A stretch of 64,000 nucleotides of DNA from the NCBI GenBank assembly GCA_964016885.1, contig OZ024748.1, positions 25,172,001 through 25,236,000 on the forward strand. Reading direction: 5' to 3'. The first letter of the stretch is position 1. Each line of letters starts with the position of its first letter. The notes under the pieces were generated by a model, which was not told the DNA's origin, did not search any database, and was given only the letters and a program-made list of their open reading frames with translations. This DNA is from Eledone cirrhosa (Eukaryota). The position numbers and the translations under genes are program-made. Of the stretch, positions 63,565-64,000 are shown one piece after another.

Positions 63565-64000
63565 TTTTTTTCTTAACATAAAGATAAATTTTATTACAGT
63601 TGTATAAATTTACAGCAGAATAACGTTGCAAATATGTTTTAAATATATACATAAATAACATAACAAATATAAAATCATGAACAAAAATGATAAAGGAAAG
63701 AAAGAAGATAAAAGAGGGGGGGCGGGGTCCACCACCAAGAGCGACAATTGGCAACACCTCACACCTTGTGGGTTAATTGTACACTTTCAGGCAAGCCAAC
63801 ATGCTCGCGGCATTACCACGGGTGATGGTGAGGCTAATGCGCTGAAATAACCAGGCAACCTCACTGGCACCTAAGTAAGGCGAGCTGCCAGTGAAGACAA
63901 GAACTTCGCAGCCCAACTCCACCAAACGTCTCGAACGCCACAGGCTGGAAAAAATAATTGTTTGATAATGTCCTGGTATTTCCGAATTTTATTCCGTTCG
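63565..64000 (-). mobile_element. CRE-like retroelement 3' end (continues beyond the window)
   Basis: RLE C-terminal remnant (FQPVAFETFG; WLFQRISL), with a 3' UTR similar to the 61862 copy (tacataaataacat; aaatt.acagcagaa). Confidence 0.8.

Overview
Repeat-dense, AT-rich eukaryotic DNA. The microsatellite and SINE content looks octopod/cephalopod-like (inference, not verified). Only one host gene is well supported: a two-exon, minus-strand CENP-A/cenH3-like histone H3 variant (60390-60220 joined to 57231-56998, 134 aa). It is atypical, with a loop 1 no longer than in H3 and a clipped C-terminus. Mobile DNA comprises a decayed mariner, a nearly intact 5'-truncated RTE LINE, four CRE-like RT/RLE retroelement copies, hAT MITEs, Helitron ends and two SINE families. 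There are also three minisatellite arrays (47, 40 and 58 bp units), two of them with higher-order structure. The ORF track misses about ten minimal type-I hammerhead-ribozyme-like motifs (CUGANGA...GAAA...UH). These lie in short elements next to (TA)n tracts, several with direct or long inverted terminal repeats, as expected for Penelope-like pseudo-LTR or retrozyme remnants; one is antisense inside the CENP-A intron. The very long ORFs at 15.5-16.5 kb and 28-34.6 kb are tandem-repeat artefacts. All motif calls were made by eye, and TE edges are approximate unless TIRs or TSDs are quoted.
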